Below are positions 47,104-57,618 of a stretch of DNA of 64,000 nt, piece after piece (the first letter of the stretch is position 1; each line of letters opens with the position of its first letter). The stretch is from an uncultured Clostridia bacterium. GTDB taxonomy: Bacteria > Bacillota > Clostridia > Christensenellales > UBA3700. The translations under genes were made by a program, and so were the position numbers. The stretch is from contig CAMXSN010000002.1 of assembly GCA_947246685.1 (NCBI GenBank), positions 21,485-85,484 on the forward strand, given 5' to 3'. The notes under the pieces are model-generated. The model saw nothing but the letters and a program-made list of their open reading frames with translations, ran no database searches and was not told the origin of the DNA.

Positions 47104-49026
47104 ATGATAAAAACAGAGAGAATGAGCGTAGGCGAAGCGATCGTCAGGTTTCTTGACAATCAATACGTCAGTTTTGACGGCGAGGTCAACAAACTCGTCG
47201 AGGGAGTTTTTACGATATTCGGACACGGCTGCGTGTTGGGAATAGGCGAAGCTCTCTCTATGGGCGAACATTCGCTCAAGGTCTATCAAGGCAAGAACGA
47301 ACAGGGCATGGCTCACGTTGCCATTGCATATGCAAAACAGAACAACAGGCGCAAGATTATGCCGTGCGTATCTTCTATCGGACCGGGCGCGGCTAATATG
47401 GTCACTGCCGCGGGAACGGCGACCGCCAACAATATACCGCTGTTACTGTTTGTGGGAGACACGTTTGCGTCGCGGCAACCCGATCCGGTATTGCAGCAGA
47501 TAGAGCAACTGTACAATCCCACAATCACGACTAACGACGCTTTTAAGGCGGTTACCAGATATTTTGACAGAATCACACGTCCGGAAACTGTGATGAGCTG
47601 TATGCTTAACGCAATAAGAGTATTGCTCGATCCGGCGCATACGGGAGCGGTTGCGATCGCATTGCCTCAGGACGTGCAGGGGGAATGTTATGATTTTCCC
47701 GAAGAGTTTTTCAAGAAAAGAGTGACGAAAATCGTGCGTCGCACGCCTACTACCGAAGAATTGCAGGGGCTTGCCAACGAGATAAAGAATAGCAAGAAAC
47801 CTCTTGTGATAGTAGGCGGAGGAGTAAGATACAGCGAAGCGGGCAAGAGCGTGGCAAAGTTCTGTGAGAAGCACAATATACCTTTCTGCGAGACGCAGGC
47901 AGGTAAGAGCGCAGTGCGTTCGTCGCATTCGCTGAATCTCGGCGGAATAGGCGTCACTGGCAACAGCGCTGCGAATTATATTGCAGGCGAGAGCGATCTG
48001 ATATTCGCCATAGGCACGAGATTTACGGATTTTACTACCGCGTCAAAATCGTTGTATGCGGATAAACAGGTGATTACGCTCAACGCGTCGGATTTTCATG
48101 CGTCCAAACTTGACGCGATAAAGGCGATTGGCGACGCAAAGGCGGGACTTATCGCGCTCGACGCTTTGCTCGACGCCTATAAGAGCGAATATACTTCGGA
48201 GATATTGCAAGCCAAAGCCGATTGGGAAATGGAAATGCAAAGACTTACCAACATAGACGTAGAAGAAGATTATAAGCCGGAGATAGATACATATATGCAC
48301 GACGCCGTATCGAATTATATTGCTCAGCACGGCGGAGCGATGGCGCAGACAAAGGCTATAGGCGTGATAAGAGAATGTATCCCCGAAGACTCTATTGTCG
48401 TCGGCTCTGCAGGAAGTCTCCCGGGCGATTTGCAGAGAATGTGGACGAGCGAAAGCAAGGACAGTTACAATATGGAATACGGATATTCCTGCATGGGATA
48501 TGAGATAGCGGGATGTCTTGGCAGTAAGATCGCCTGCCCCGACAAAGAAGTCTACGCAATGGTCGGCGACGGCAGCTATTTGATGTTGCACAGCGAGATG
48601 GTGACGGCTGTGCAAGAAGGAATAAAAATGAACGTGTTGCTTTTCGACAATTCGTCCTTTGGATGTATCAATAATCTGCAAATGGAACAGGGCGTGGACA
48701 GTCTGTGCACGGAGATGCGTTACCGCGACGGAGATAAGCCGATAAGAGAGGGAAAATTTTTGAATATAGATTACGCTATGTGCGCAAGAGGATACGGTTT
48801 TGTTACGTATACGGTTCGCAACGAGGACGAATTGCGCGCGGCGCTTGCCGACAGCCTGCGTCAAAGCGTTTCCACGCTTATCGACATCAAGGTTCTGCCA
48901 AAATCCATGACGCACGGATACGACGGTTGGTGGCACGTGGGATGCAGCGCCAATCCGCGAAGCGAAAGAGGCAAAAAGGCGTATGAAAATAAAAAGCGTA
49001 TGCTGGAAAAAGCAAGAAGATATTAA
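47104..49026 (+). CDS. iolD: 3D-(3,5/4)-trihydroxycyclohexane-1,2-dione acylhydrolase (ThDP-dependent)
   Basis: 640 aa, ThDP enzyme (GHGCVLG, GPGAANMVTA, GDGSYLM...N motif). The length is typical of IolD. Confidence 0.9.
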   Translation: MIKTERMSVGEAIVRFLDNQYVSFDGEVNKLVEGVFTIFGHGCVLGIGEALSMGEHSLKVYQGKNEQGMAHVAIAYAKQNNRRKIMPCVSSIGPGAANMVTAAGTATANNIPLLLFVGDTFASRQPDPVLQQIEQLYNPTITTNDAFKAVTRYFDRITRPETVMSCMLNAIRVLLDPAHTGAVAIALPQDVQGECYDFPEEFFKKRVTKIVRRTPTTEELQGLANEIKNSKKPLVIVGGGVRYSEAGKSVAKFCEKHNIPFCETQAGKSAVRSSHSLNLGGIGVTGNSAANYIAGESDLIFAIGTRFTDFTTASKSLYADKQVITLNASDFHASKLDAIKAIGDAKAGLIALDALLDAYKSEYTSEILQAKADWEMEMQRLTNIDVEEDYKPEIDTYMHDAVSNYIAQHGGAMAQTKAIGVIRECIPEDSIVVGSAGSLPGDLQRMWTSESKDSYNMEYGYSCMGYEIAGCLGSKIACPDKEVYAMVGDGSYLMLHSEMVTAVQEGIKMNVLLFDNSSFGCINNLQMEQGVDSLCTEMRYRDGDKPIREGKFLNIDYAMCARGYGFVTYTVRNEDELRAALADSLRQSVSTLIDIKVLPKSMTHGYDGWWHVGCSANPRSERGKKAYENKKRMLEKARRY

Positions 49027-49038
49027 TAAGGTGATATT

Positions 49039-49932
49039 ATGGATAGATCGAAGATAAAACTGGGCATTGCGCCGATCGCGTGGACCAACGACGATATGCC
49101 CGACCTTGGCGCAGAGAATACTTTCGAGCAATGCGTGAGCGAAATGGCTCTCGCAGGTTTCGAGGGGTGCGAAATAGGAAATAAATATCCCTCCGATCCC
49201 GAAGTTTTGAAAAAGGCATTGGAATTGAGAGGACTGCGTATTGCCAATCAGTGGTTTTCTTCTTTCGTGCTGACGAAGCCGATGGAAGAAGTCGAGCGGC
49301 AGTTCGTTGCGCAGTGCAGATTTCTCAAAGCTATGGGCGCCGACAGAATAGGCGCGTCGGAGCAGAGTTATAGCATTCAGGGACAGATTGATACGCCCGT
49401 ATTCGATTGCAAATACATAATGAGCGGCAAAGAGTGGGATATATTTGCAAAAGGCATGAATAGATTGGGCGAAATAGCCGACGCTATGGGAATCAAACTC
49501 GTATATCATCATCACATGGGCACGGTAGTGCAGACTGCCGAAGAGATTGACAGAATGATGGATATGACCGATAAAGACAGATTCTCGTTGCTGTTTGACA
49601 GCGGTCACCTCGCATATTGCGCGCAGGATTACAACGCGGTGTTGAAAAAACATATCGGCAGAGTTAAGCACGTTCATCTCAAAGACGTAAGAAAGACCGT
49701 GGTTGAGCAGGTGAGAGAGAATAAGATGTCTTTCCTGCAGGGCGTCAGAGCAGGCGCGTTTACCGTGCCGGGCGACGGATGCATAGATTTCACGCCTATA
49801 TTCGATACGCTTGACGCGGGCGGATACGAGGGATGGATGATAGTCGAGGCGGAGCAGGATCCGTCCAAGGCAAATCCTCTCGAATATGCTATCAAAGCAA
49901 GAAAATATATAGCCGATAAGGCGAAAATATAA
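49039..49932 (+). CDS. iolE: myo-inosose-2 dehydratase (xylose-isomerase-like TIM barrel)
   Basis: 297 aa. The N-terminus KLGIAPIAWTNDDMPDLG is characteristic of IolE. Confidence 0.9.
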   Translation: MDRSKIKLGIAPIAWTNDDMPDLGAENTFEQCVSEMALAGFEGCEIGNKYPSDPEVLKKALELRGLRIANQWFSSFVLTKPMEEVERQFVAQCRFLKAMGADRIGASEQSYSIQGQIDTPVFDCKYIMSGKEWDIFAKGMNRLGEIADAMGIKLVYHHHMGTVVQTAEEIDRMMDMTDKDRFSLLFDSGHLAYCAQDYNAVLKKHIGRVKHVHLKDVRKTVVEQVRENKMSFLQGVRAGAFTVPGDGCIDFTPIFDTLDAGGYEGWMIVEAEQDPSKANPLEYAIKARKYIADKAKI

Positions 49933-49961
49933 AACAGTTTCAGATAAAGGAGAAATATATA

Positions 49962-51470
49962 ATGGCAGTAAAGACACTTGGATATTTCACGAATAATCAG
50001 TTTGTGCAGTCGACTACGGACAAGTATTATCCCGTATTCAATCCCTCGACTGGAGAGCAGATTGCGCAGATGCCCCGCTGTACTACGGCGGAAGTCAGCA
50101 AGGTAATCGACAACGCGCATGAAGCGTATAAAAAATGGTCGAGAGTACCGGTCATCAAAAGAGTTCAGATATTGTATAAAGTAAGGGATTTGCTCATAGA
50201 GCATATGGACGAGCTTGTCGAGCTTTGCGCGAGAGAACACGGTAAGAATTGGGAAGAGAGCAAGGGCGATATACTCAAGGCAAAAGAGGGTACGGAACTC
50301 GCATGTTCCATGCCGTCGCTTTTGCAGGGCGAATCGCTTATGGACGCGTCGAGCGGTTACGACACCGTGCTTTACCGCGAATCTATGGGCGTATTCGTAG
50401 GTATCGCTCCGTTTAATTTCCCCGCAATGATACCGATGGGTTGGATGGCTCCCGTATGTATTGCGTGCGGCAACTCTATCGTGCTCAAAGTAGCAGGCGC
50501 TACGCCTATGACTTCGTTGAGAATCGCCGAACTTTACAGAGAGGCGGGACTTCCCGACGGAGTGCTCAATATCGTCAGTTGCGATCGCAACGACACGCAG
50601 GAACTTATCTCCAATCAAAAAGTCGTCGGTATCACGTTTGTAGGTTCTACGACCGTAGGAAGATATATTTACGAGACCGCGGCAAAGTACGGTAAGAGAG
50701 TGCAGTGTCTGTGCGAGGCAAAAAACCATGCGCTCGTGCTTGAAGACGCGGCTCTTGATCGAACCGCGGCGGGGATTATCAACGCGACTTACGGTTGCGC
50801 GGGAGAGAGATGCATGGCTTTGCCCGTCGTCGTAGCGCAGGAAAGCATTGCCGACCGGCTCGTCGAAAAGCTCGTTGCTTTGGCAAAGAAGATCAAAGTC
50901 GGTCCGGCTTATGACAAGACGACCAATCTAGGTCCCGTATACAGCGCCGAACACAAAAAGAGTGTCGAGGAGTGGATAAAAAAGGGTATCGACGAAGGAG
51001 CCAAACTCGTGCTTGACGGCAGAAACGTCAAAGTTGACGGATTTGAAAAGGGATTCTATCTCGGACCTACTATATTAGATAACGTTACTCCGCAAATGAG
51101 CGTGGGACAGAGAGAAATTTTCGGACCAGTGCTCTGCGTTAAGAGAGTCAAGAATTTCGAGGAAGGTCTTGCCGTTATGAACGCCAATCCGTTTGCCAAC
51201 GGTTCGGTAATCTATACTCAGAACGGTTATTATGCAAGAGAGTTCGTGCGTAATACCGACGGCGGTATGGTAGGCGTTAACGTGGGCATCCCCGTTCCCG
51301 TAGGAGTATTCTCCTTTACGGGACATAAGTATTCTTTCTTCGGCGATCTCCACTGTTTGGGACGCGACAGCTTCAAATTCTATACGGACAGCAAGACCGT
51401 TACTACGCATTGGTTTGACGAGCACGAAGCCAAGTCTACCAAGGTTTCTACGTGGGACGGCACAATTTAA
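49962..51470 (+). CDS. iolA: CoA-acylating methylmalonate/malonate-semialdehyde dehydrogenase
   Basis: 502 aa aldehyde dehydrogenase (FVGSTTVG, catalytic GERCMA). iol context. Confidence 0.9.
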   Translation: MAVKTLGYFTNNQFVQSTTDKYYPVFNPSTGEQIAQMPRCTTAEVSKVIDNAHEAYKKWSRVPVIKRVQILYKVRDLLIEHMDELVELCAREHGKNWEESKGDILKAKEGTELACSMPSLLQGESLMDASSGYDTVLYRESMGVFVGIAPFNFPAMIPMGWMAPVCIACGNSIVLKVAGATPMTSLRIAELYREAGLPDGVLNIVSCDRNDTQELISNQKVVGITFVGSTTVGRYIYETAAKYGKRVQCLCEAKNHALVLEDAALDRTAAGIINATYGCAGERCMALPVVVAQESIADRLVEKLVALAKKIKVGPAYDKTTNLGPVYSAEHKKSVEEWIKKGIDEGAKLVLDGRNVKVDGFEKGFYLGPTILDNVTPQMSVGQREIFGPVLCVKRVKNFEEGLAVMNANPFANGSVIYTQNGYYAREFVRNTDGGMVGVNVGIPVPVGVFSFTGHKYSFFGDLHCLGRDSFKFYTDSKTVTTHWFDEHEAKSTKVSTWDGTI

Positions 51471-51594
51471 TTGTTTTTCGGCTCGCATTCAACGCGGTGT
51501 GCGATACTGTCGGTATAAGCTGCCGCGATTGAACTCGGGAAAAATATTTCAATCCGTCAATATACGGAAATAAGGTAAATCAAAGGGGTATGAT

Positions 51595-52605
51595 ATGATT
51601 AATATAGGAATTATCGGCGCGGGAAGAATAGGTAAGGTTCACTGCGAATCCATTATGCGCTACGTTAAGGGAGCGACGGTCAAGACTGTCGCGGATCCGT
51701 TTATGAACGATGAGACGCAGAAGTGGCTCGAAACTATGGGCGTAGAGAAGACGACCAAGGATTATAAAGAAATTCTGTCGGATAAGAGCATTGACGCGGT
51801 GCTTATATGTTCGTCAACGGATACGCACGCTCCTATTTCGATAGAAGCTATCAAGGCGGGAAAACACGTTTTTTGCGAAAAGCCCGTCGATCACGATATT
51901 GCCAAGATCAACGAAGTCAAGAAGGCGTTGGAGGCAAGCGACGTTAAGTATCAGGTTGGTTTCAACCGGAGATTCGATCACAATTTCGCCGCTGTCCGCG
52001 AAGCGGTATTGCAAGGCAAAATAGGCGCGCTCAACGTGTTGAAAATTTGTTCCAGAGATCCTGCAGCTCCTCCCGTGTCTTACATAAAAGTCAGCGGCGG
52101 TATTTTCTTGGATATGACAATCCACGATTTTGATATGGTCAGATTTATTTCGGGAGAAGAAGTCGAGAGCGTGTTCGCTATGGGCGGCGTTATGGTCGAT
52201 AAGGCGATAGGCGACGCGGGCGATATCGATACTGCGGTCATTACGCTCAGATTGAAGAGCGGCGCTTTGGCGGTCATAGATAATTGCCGCCGCGCGTCTT
52301 ACGGCTATGACCAAAGAGCTGAGGCGTTCGGCGAGCTTGGTCAGGTGGCAATTTCCAACGATTGCGCTTCCAATGCGGTTGTTTCCAATGCCGACGGCGT
52401 AACCGCCGAGAAACCTCTGCTATTCTTCTTGGAAAGATATATGCAGGCATACGTCAACGAGATCAGTCAGTTTATAGACTGTATCGTCAATAATAAGCAG
52501 GTGCCCGTAAGCATAGAAGACGGATTGCAAGCAGTCGTAATAGGTATGGCCGCCAAAAAGTCTTTGCAAGAAGGCAGACCGGTTGCGTTGAGCGAAATAC
52601 TATAA
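51595..52605 (+). CDS. iolG: inositol 2-dehydrogenase (Gfo/Idh/MocA family)
   Basis: 336 aa. N-terminus INIGIIGAGRIGKVH. EKP motif (FCEKPV). Confidence 0.85.
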   Translation: MINIGIIGAGRIGKVHCESIMRYVKGATVKTVADPFMNDETQKWLETMGVEKTTKDYKEILSDKSIDAVLICSSTDTHAPISIEAIKAGKHVFCEKPVDHDIAKINEVKKALEASDVKYQVGFNRRFDHNFAAVREAVLQGKIGALNVLKICSRDPAAPPVSYIKVSGGIFLDMTIHDFDMVRFISGEEVESVFAMGGVMVDKAIGDAGDIDTAVITLRLKSGALAVIDNCRRASYGYDQRAEAFGELGQVAISNDCASNAVVSNADGVTAEKPLLFFLERYMQAYVNEISQFIDCIVNNKQVPVSIEDGLQAVVIGMAAKKSLQEGRPVALSEIL

Positions 52606-52644
52606 TATAAATTTAATCTTCAAATTAATATGCGAAAATATTTT

Positions 52645-52680
52645 ACGGCTTCCCATACGGGGAGCCGTAACGTTTGTTTA
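52645..52680 (+). terminator. putative terminator after iolG
   Basis: ACGGCTTCCC-atac-GGGGAGCCGT (one mismatch) followed by a T-rich stretch AACGTTTGTTT. Confidence 0.45.
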
Positions 52681-52731
52681 AGCGAAATCCGCTTATTTGA
52701 TTAGATTGGGGGAATTTCGTTTACTCGACCT

Positions 52732-52962
52732 CTAATTGTTCCGAAAAAATACGGGCGAATCTAGAAATTCCAACACGGTCATTTCAAATCCTTTGGCTAA
52801 CATATACACGGTGCTCAAAGTGACGGTTTTGTTTCTTCCGTTCATAATACATTGCATACTTCCGTGTTGGATACCCGAAAGCTGTTCTAGCTTATATTGC
52901 GAAATATTTCGCTCTTTAAGCAATTCGGCAATGCGTTTTGCCACTGCGTCGTTTACTGTCAC
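52732..52962 (-). CDS. XRE-family helix-turn-helix protein
   Basis: 76 aa. ISQYKLEQLSGIQHGSMQCIMNG is a Cro/C1-type HTH. Confidence 0.75.
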   Translation of the reverse strand: MTVNDAVAKRIAELLKERNISQYKLEQLSGIQHGSMQCIMNGRNKTVTLSTVYMLAKGFEMTVLEFLDSPVFFRNN

Positions 52963-53231
52963 GGCGTCGATCTCCTATGTAGTTTTGCCTACTTAAATTT
53001 TAATGCGTAGAACGATTAAATATGCGAAGGCAAATATACATATATTATTTACTTATACAGTTAAATCTGTATTAAAATTTATAGTCTTTTATCGTTATGG
53101 GAGCAAATAAGGTCGCGCAGCTTTTATTATCAGATATTTGTTTTGGAATATAAATTTTGGTCAAAATTTTACTCAAATTACAGATTTTGGAAAATTTTAC
53201 AAAGATTTTACATTTATGTCAGTTCAAACGC

Positions 53232-53260
53232 TTGCTGTTTTTTCTCTATTAATGTAATAT
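53232..53260 (+). promoter_or_regulatory. putative promoter of the S10 operon
   Basis: TTGCTG, a 17-nt spacer, then TAATAT. A leader of about 185 nt follows before rpsJ. Confidence 0.4.
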
Positions 53261-53447
53261 TCTTTGTGCTTGCGCCGTATGGGGTGAAGCGGGAGGTTAC
53301 CTCTATATAGAGGAGAACTTTCGCGGACAAGTGTCCGACAATCGGGCGACTAACGTATAAAGGCTGACTGCTGGCCTTTTTATAATCGGCAAGAGCGGAA
53401 CGCACGGAAGTGTTTAATAAAATAAGTTAGGTAAAAGGAGAACAACA

Positions 53448-53756
53448 ATGGCAGGACAAACAATCAGAATCAGATTAAGAGCTTACGATCACAACCTTAT
53501 CGACCTTGCGTCGGATAAGATCGTCGAGACGGCAAAGAGAAGCGGCGTGCAGGTTTCGGGACCTATTCCGCTCCCTACGGAGAAGGAAATCGTTACGATT
53601 ATCAGAGCCGTTCACAAGTATAAGGACAGCAGAGAACAATTCGAGCTGAGAACTCATAAGAGACTTATCGATATCGTCAATCCCACAAGCAAGGCTGTGG
53701 ACGCTCTTATGAAATTGGATTTGCCGGCGGGCGTTGATATTCAGATCAAACTGTAA
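53448..53756 (+). CDS. rpsJ: 30S ribosomal protein S10
   Basis: [10 protein letters not shown] ... conserved S10 sequence, 102 aa, AAGGAG RBS. Confidence 0.97.
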   Translation: MAGQTIRIRLRAYDHNLIDLASDKIVETAKRSGVQVSGPIPLPTEKEIVTIIRAVHKYKDSREQFELRTHKRLIDIVNPTSKAVDALMKLDLPAGVDIQIKL

Positions 53757-53791
53757 CGCGCGGCAAAGCATCAAATCAATTCAGTCAAATA

Positions 53792-53815
53792 AAAACCGCG
53801 TCGACAAGCGGTTTT
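53792..53815 (+). terminator. terminator-like hairpin between rpsJ and rplC (possible attenuator)
   Basis: AAAACCGC-gtcgacaa-GCGGTTTT. The stem is short. Confidence 0.3.
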
Positions 53816-53846
53816 GCGAAATAAAAAAGGAGGATGAACTTTATCT

Positions 53847-54467
53847 ATGAATAAAGCAATCATTGGAAGAAAGTTAGCAATGAGTCAGATTTTTGCGCCG
53901 GACGGTACGGTCATACCCGTGACAATCGTGCTTGCGGGACCGTGTCCTATCGTGCAAAAGAAAACCCTTGATAACGACGGCTACGAGGCGCTGCAAATCG
54001 CCTTTGGCGACATCAAAGAAAAGAACGTCAACAAGCCGGTAAAGGGTCATTACAAAAAAGCGGGTGTTACACCGAGAAGAGTGCTCAGAGAGTTCAGAAC
54101 GGAAGTAGCTTCTTTCGAACTCGGACAGGAACTCAAATGCGATCAGTTCGCAGAAGGTTCTTTGGTCGACGTAAGCGGAACCTCTAAAGGTCACGGATTT
54201 ACTGGCGCGGTTAAGAGATGGAATCATCACTGCGGACCGATGGCGCACGGCTCGGGATATCACAGAGGCGTAGGTTCTATGGGCGCTTGTTCGACTCCTT
54301 CGAGAGTATTTAAGAACAAGAAGATGTCCGGACATTGGGGTAACGAAAAAGTTACCGTCAAGAATCTCACGGTGGCAAAAGTCGATGCCGAGCGTAATCT
54401 CCTCTTTATTAAGGGCGCTATTCCGGGAGCAAAGGGCAACATCGTTGTCGTAAAGCAAAACGGTTAA
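53847..54467 (+). CDS. rplC: 50S ribosomal protein L3
   Basis: Conserved L3 sequence (GRKLAMSQIF, GTSKGHGFTG) and operon order. Confidence 0.97.
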   Translation: MNKAIIGRKLAMSQIFAPDGTVIPVTIVLAGPCPIVQKKTLDNDGYEALQIAFGDIKEKNVNKPVKGHYKKAGVTPRRVLREFRTEVASFELGQELKCDQFAEGSLVDVSGTSKGHGFTGAVKRWNHHCGPMAHGSGYHRGVGSMGACSTPSRVFKNKKMSGHWGNEKVTVKNLTVAKVDAERNLLFIKGAIPGAKGNIVVVKQNG

Positions 54468-54481
54468 AGGAGTGAGCAGAA

Positions 54482-55102
54482 ATGAAAGTCAATATATTAG
54501 ATATACAAGCTAAGAAAGTAGGCGAGCTCGAGCTCAACGAAGGAGTATTCGGCGTAGAATACAACGAACCGCTCATCCACCAGGTAGTGGTAGCTCAGTT
54601 GGCTAACAGAAGACAGGGTACCAAATGCACTTTGACCCGTACGGAAGTCAGAGGCGGAGGCAAGAAGCCTTGGAGACAGAAAGGCACGGGACGCGCAAGA
54701 CAGGGTAGTATCCGTTCTCCGCAATGGACGGGCGGCGGCGTAGTATTCGCTCCAAAGCCCAGAGATTTTTCTCAGAAAATCAACAAGAAGATGAAGACTG
54801 CGGCTACACTTTCCGCTTTGAGCGCAAAGGTAAGCGACAACGATTTCATCGTGTTGGATAAACTTCAGCTTGAAGAAGGCAAGACCAAATATATCGCTCA
54901 GATGCTCAAAGCATTCGAGATACAGTCCAAAGTATTGCTCGTTGTGGCAAACGACGACGAAGCCGTTAAGAGAGCGTGCGCTAACATTCAGAACGTTACT
55001 CTTATCAACGCGGATCTTTTGAACGTATATGATTTGGCTGCCAACGCGAAGTGCATATTCACCGTAGACGCAGTGAATAAAATCCAGGAGGTATATGCGT
55101 AA
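54482..55102 (+). CDS. rplD: 50S ribosomal protein L4
   Basis: Conserved L4 motifs ([16 protein letters not shown]). Confidence 0.97.
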   Translation: MKVNILDIQAKKVGELELNEGVFGVEYNEPLIHQVVVAQLANRRQGTKCTLTRTEVRGGGKKPWRQKGTGRARQGSIRSPQWTGGGVVFAPKPRDFSQKINKKMKTAATLSALSAKVSDNDFIVLDKLQLEEGKTKYIAQMLKAFEIQSKVLLVVANDDEAVKRACANIQNVTLINADLLNVYDLAANAKCIFTVDAVNKIQEVYA

Positions 55103-55392
55103 TGAATAAATATGATATTATTATATCCCCTATCCTTACGGAAAAGAGTTATGACGGCATCGCCGTAAAGAAGTATACCTTCAAAGTAGCGTGCGACGCT
55201 ACCAAGACTCAGATAAAGGTGGCTGTCGAAGATATCTTCGGCGTTAAGGTAGCAAAAGTCAACACTGTCAACGTAAACGGCAAGAAGAAGAGAATGGGAA
55301 GAAGCGAAGGCATGACTTCCGCTTACAAGAAAGCAGTCGTTACGCTGACCGAGGACAGCAAGACAATCGAGTTCTTCGAGAGTCTGGCATAA
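55102..55392 (+). CDS. rplW: 50S ribosomal protein L23
   Basis: 96 aa with an L23-like sequence (ISPILTEKS). TAATG overlap with rplD. Confidence 0.95.
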   Translation: MNKYDIIISPILTEKSYDGIAVKKYTFKVACDATKTQIKVAVEDIFGVKVAKVNTVNVNGKKKRMGRSEGMTSAYKKAVVTLTEDSKTIEFFESLA

Positions 55393-55407
55393 TAGGAGGA
55401 ACGAATA

Positions 55408-56232
55408 ATGGCTATTAAGAGATATAAACCAACTTCTCCTGCGCGTCGTTTTATGACCGTGTCCGCATTCACCGAGATAACCACGACGGTACCGGAAAAA
55501 AGTTTGCTTCAATCGCTTAAAAAGAGCGGCGGAAGAAACTCCTCGGGTAAAATAACCGTCAGACACATCGGCGGCGGCAACAGAAGAAAATACAGAATAA
55601 TTGATTTCAAGCGCAATAAGGACAATATTCCTGCAAAGGTTGCTTCTATCGAATACGATCCCAACCGCAGCGCAAACATAGCGCTCCTCTGTTATGCAGA
55701 CGGCGAGAAGAGATATATTATCGCTCCGCTCGGATTGCAGAAGGGAGATACGGTTATGAGCGGCGAAAACGCCGATATCAGAACGGGCAATACGCTTCCT
55801 CTCGAAAAGATTCCGGTAGGTACCGTAATCCACAATATCGAGATGCATCCCGGCAAAGGCGGTCAAATCGCAAGATCTGCGGGCAACTCCGCTCAGCTGA
55901 TGGCTAAGGAAGGCAAGTACGCAACTTTGAGACTTCCCAGCGGCGAGATGAGATATCTTCCCATCAAGTGCAGAGCTACGGTCGGTCAGGTCGGAAATAT
56001 CGAACACGAGATCGTCTCTCTGGGTAAGGCCGGACGTAAGCGCCATATGGGTATTAAGCCTACGGTCAGAGGTGTCGTAATGAACCCATGCGATCACCCG
56101 CACGGCGGCGGCGAAGGAAAATCGCCTATCGGTATGCCCAGTCCTGTAACTCCTTGGGGTAAACCTGCTTTGGGTTACAAGACCAGAAAGAAGAACAAGA
56201 GCAATAAGTTCATCATCAAGCGTGTGAACTAG
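55408..56232 (+). CDS. rplB: 50S ribosomal protein L2
   Basis: [14 protein letters not shown] ... HPHGGGEG. Confidence 0.98.
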   Translation: MAIKRYKPTSPARRFMTVSAFTEITTTVPEKSLLQSLKKSGGRNSSGKITVRHIGGGNRRKYRIIDFKRNKDNIPAKVASIEYDPNRSANIALLCYADGEKRYIIAPLGLQKGDTVMSGENADIRTGNTLPLEKIPVGTVIHNIEMHPGKGGQIARSAGNSAQLMAKEGKYATLRLPSGEMRYLPIKCRATVGQVGNIEHEIVSLGKAGRKRHMGIKPTVRGVVMNPCDHPHGGGEGKSPIGMPSPVTPWGKPALGYKTRKKNKSNKFIIKRVN

Positions 56233-56246
56233 GAGGACTGAGGAAA

Positions 56247-56525
56247 ATGAGTAGATCGGTAAAGAAAGGACCTTTCGTTGAAGAGAGACTTATAAAAAGA
56301 ATTATCGCAATGAACGAAGCCAATGAAAAGAAGGTTGTCAAGACTTGGTCGAGAGCATCCACAATCTTCCCGGAAATGGTTGGACACACGATTGCCGTAC
56401 ACGACGGCAGAAAGCACGTACCCGTATACGTGACCGAGGATATGGTCGGATGCAAGCTCGGCGAGTTTGCCCCCACAAGGACGTTCAAGGGCCACGCAGG
56501 CGAGAAGACGACAGGCAAGAGATAG
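56247..56525 (+). CDS. rpsS: 30S ribosomal protein S19
   Basis: [10 protein letters not shown] ... GHT(I)[13 protein letters not shown]. Confidence 0.98.
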   Translation: MSRSVKKGPFVEERLIKRIIAMNEANEKKVVKTWSRASTIFPEMVGHTIAVHDGRKHVPVYVTEDMVGCKLGEFAPTRTFKGHAGEKTTGKR

Positions 56526-56535
56526 GAGGCGTAAA

Positions 56536-56922
56536 ATGGCAAAGAGAATCAGAGAAAAGGCTGAACTTCGTAAGACTAACGCTGACAAGCGTCCGAGCGC
56601 TACAGCTAAATACGTCAGAATTTCTCCCGATAAGGTAAGAATCGTTCTCGACGTAATCAGAGGTAAGAACTATACGGAAGCTTTGGCAATATTGAAATTT
56701 ACACGCAAGGCTGCTTGCGAGCCGCTCATAAAATTGTTGAATTCCGCGGCGGCAAACGCTGAGAATAATCTGAATATGAGCAAAAACGAGCTCTATGTGG
56801 CAGAGTGCTATGCCAATGCAGGTCCGATACTCAAACGTATCAGAGCAAGAGCAAAAGGCAGCGCAGCAAGAATCAACAAGCGTACGAGCCACATCACCAT
56901 CATTCTTGATGAGGCTAAATAA
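56536..56922 (+). CDS. rplV: 50S ribosomal protein L22
   Basis: I chose the start at MAKRIREK after AGGAGG; the longer ORF from 56467 overlaps rpsS. Conserved [18 protein letters not shown]. Confidence 0.95.
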   Translation: MAKRIREKAELRKTNADKRPSATAKYVRISPDKVRIVLDVIRGKNYTEALAILKFTRKAACEPLIKLLNSAAANAENNLNMSKNELYVAECYANAGPILKRIRARAKGSAARINKRTSHITIILDEAK

Positions 56923-56940
56923 GGAAGGAGGTATAGAAAT

Positions 56941-57618
56941 ATGGGACAGAAAGTTAGTCCGCACGGACTGAGAGTCGGCGTTATTAAAGAGTGGAACGCG
57001 CAATGGTATGCCGATAAGAAGAATTTCTCTAAGAATCTTGTAGAAGACCATAAGATAAGAACTTACTTGAAAAAGCAATATTATCAGTGCTCGATCTCCA
57101 AGATAACCATCAGCAGAATACTCTCTTCGGCGAACGATATAGTTATCGTTACGATTTATACCTCTAAGCCGGGCATTATGATAGGTAAAGCAGGCGCAGG
57201 CGTAGAGCAAATCAAGAAGGAAGTAATGAAACTCGCTCCCAAGAAGAGCGTAAGCATCAATATCATGGAAGTCAAGAGACCCGATACGGACGCGCAGTTG
57301 ATCGCGGAAAATATTGCCGCTCAGCTCGAAAAGCGTACCGCATTCCGCCGCGCAATGAAAGGTTGCATCTCCAAAGCTATGAAGAGCGGCGTCAAAGGTA
57401 TCAAGACTCAGGTGTCCGGTCGTCTTGACGGCGCGGAAATCGCAAGGTCGGAAAACTATCACGAGGGATCCATTCCTCTTCAGACTTTGAGAGCGGATAT
57501 CGACTACGGCACGGCAGAAGCTCACACCACGTTCGGAATTATCGGCGTTAAGGTATGGGTATATAAGGGCGAAGTGCTCGGAAAGACCAAAGACAATAAG
57601 GAAGGAGGTAACGCGTAA
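56941..57618 (+). CDS. rpsC: 30S ribosomal protein S3
   Basis: [13 protein letters not shown] ..., KH-domain sequence. Confidence 0.98.
   Translation: MGQKVSPHGLRVGVIKEWNAQWYADKKNFSKNLVEDHKIRTYLKKQYYQCSISKITISRILSSANDIVIVTIYTSKPGIMIGKAGAGVEQIKKEVMKLAPKKSVSINIMEVKRPDTDAQLIAENIAAQLEKRTAFRRAMKGCISKAMKSGVKGIKTQVSGRLDGAEIARSENYHEGSIPLQTLRADIDYGTAEAHTTFGIIGVKVWVYKGEVLGKTKDNKEGGNA

Noticed and set aside
48043-49977. 644-aa ORF on the minus strand spanning iolD-iolE
   Set aside because: It lies entirely antisense to two genes with unmistakable IolD and IolE sequence. Its translation is low-complexity (Arg/His/Phe/Ser-rich) with no motif. Long stop-free antisense frames are an expected by-product of codon usage in the sense genes.
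53214-53405. 63-aa minus-strand ORF in the S10 leader
   Set aside because: It overlaps the putative promoter and the structured leader of rpsJ. It has no RBS and no similarity to anything I recognise.
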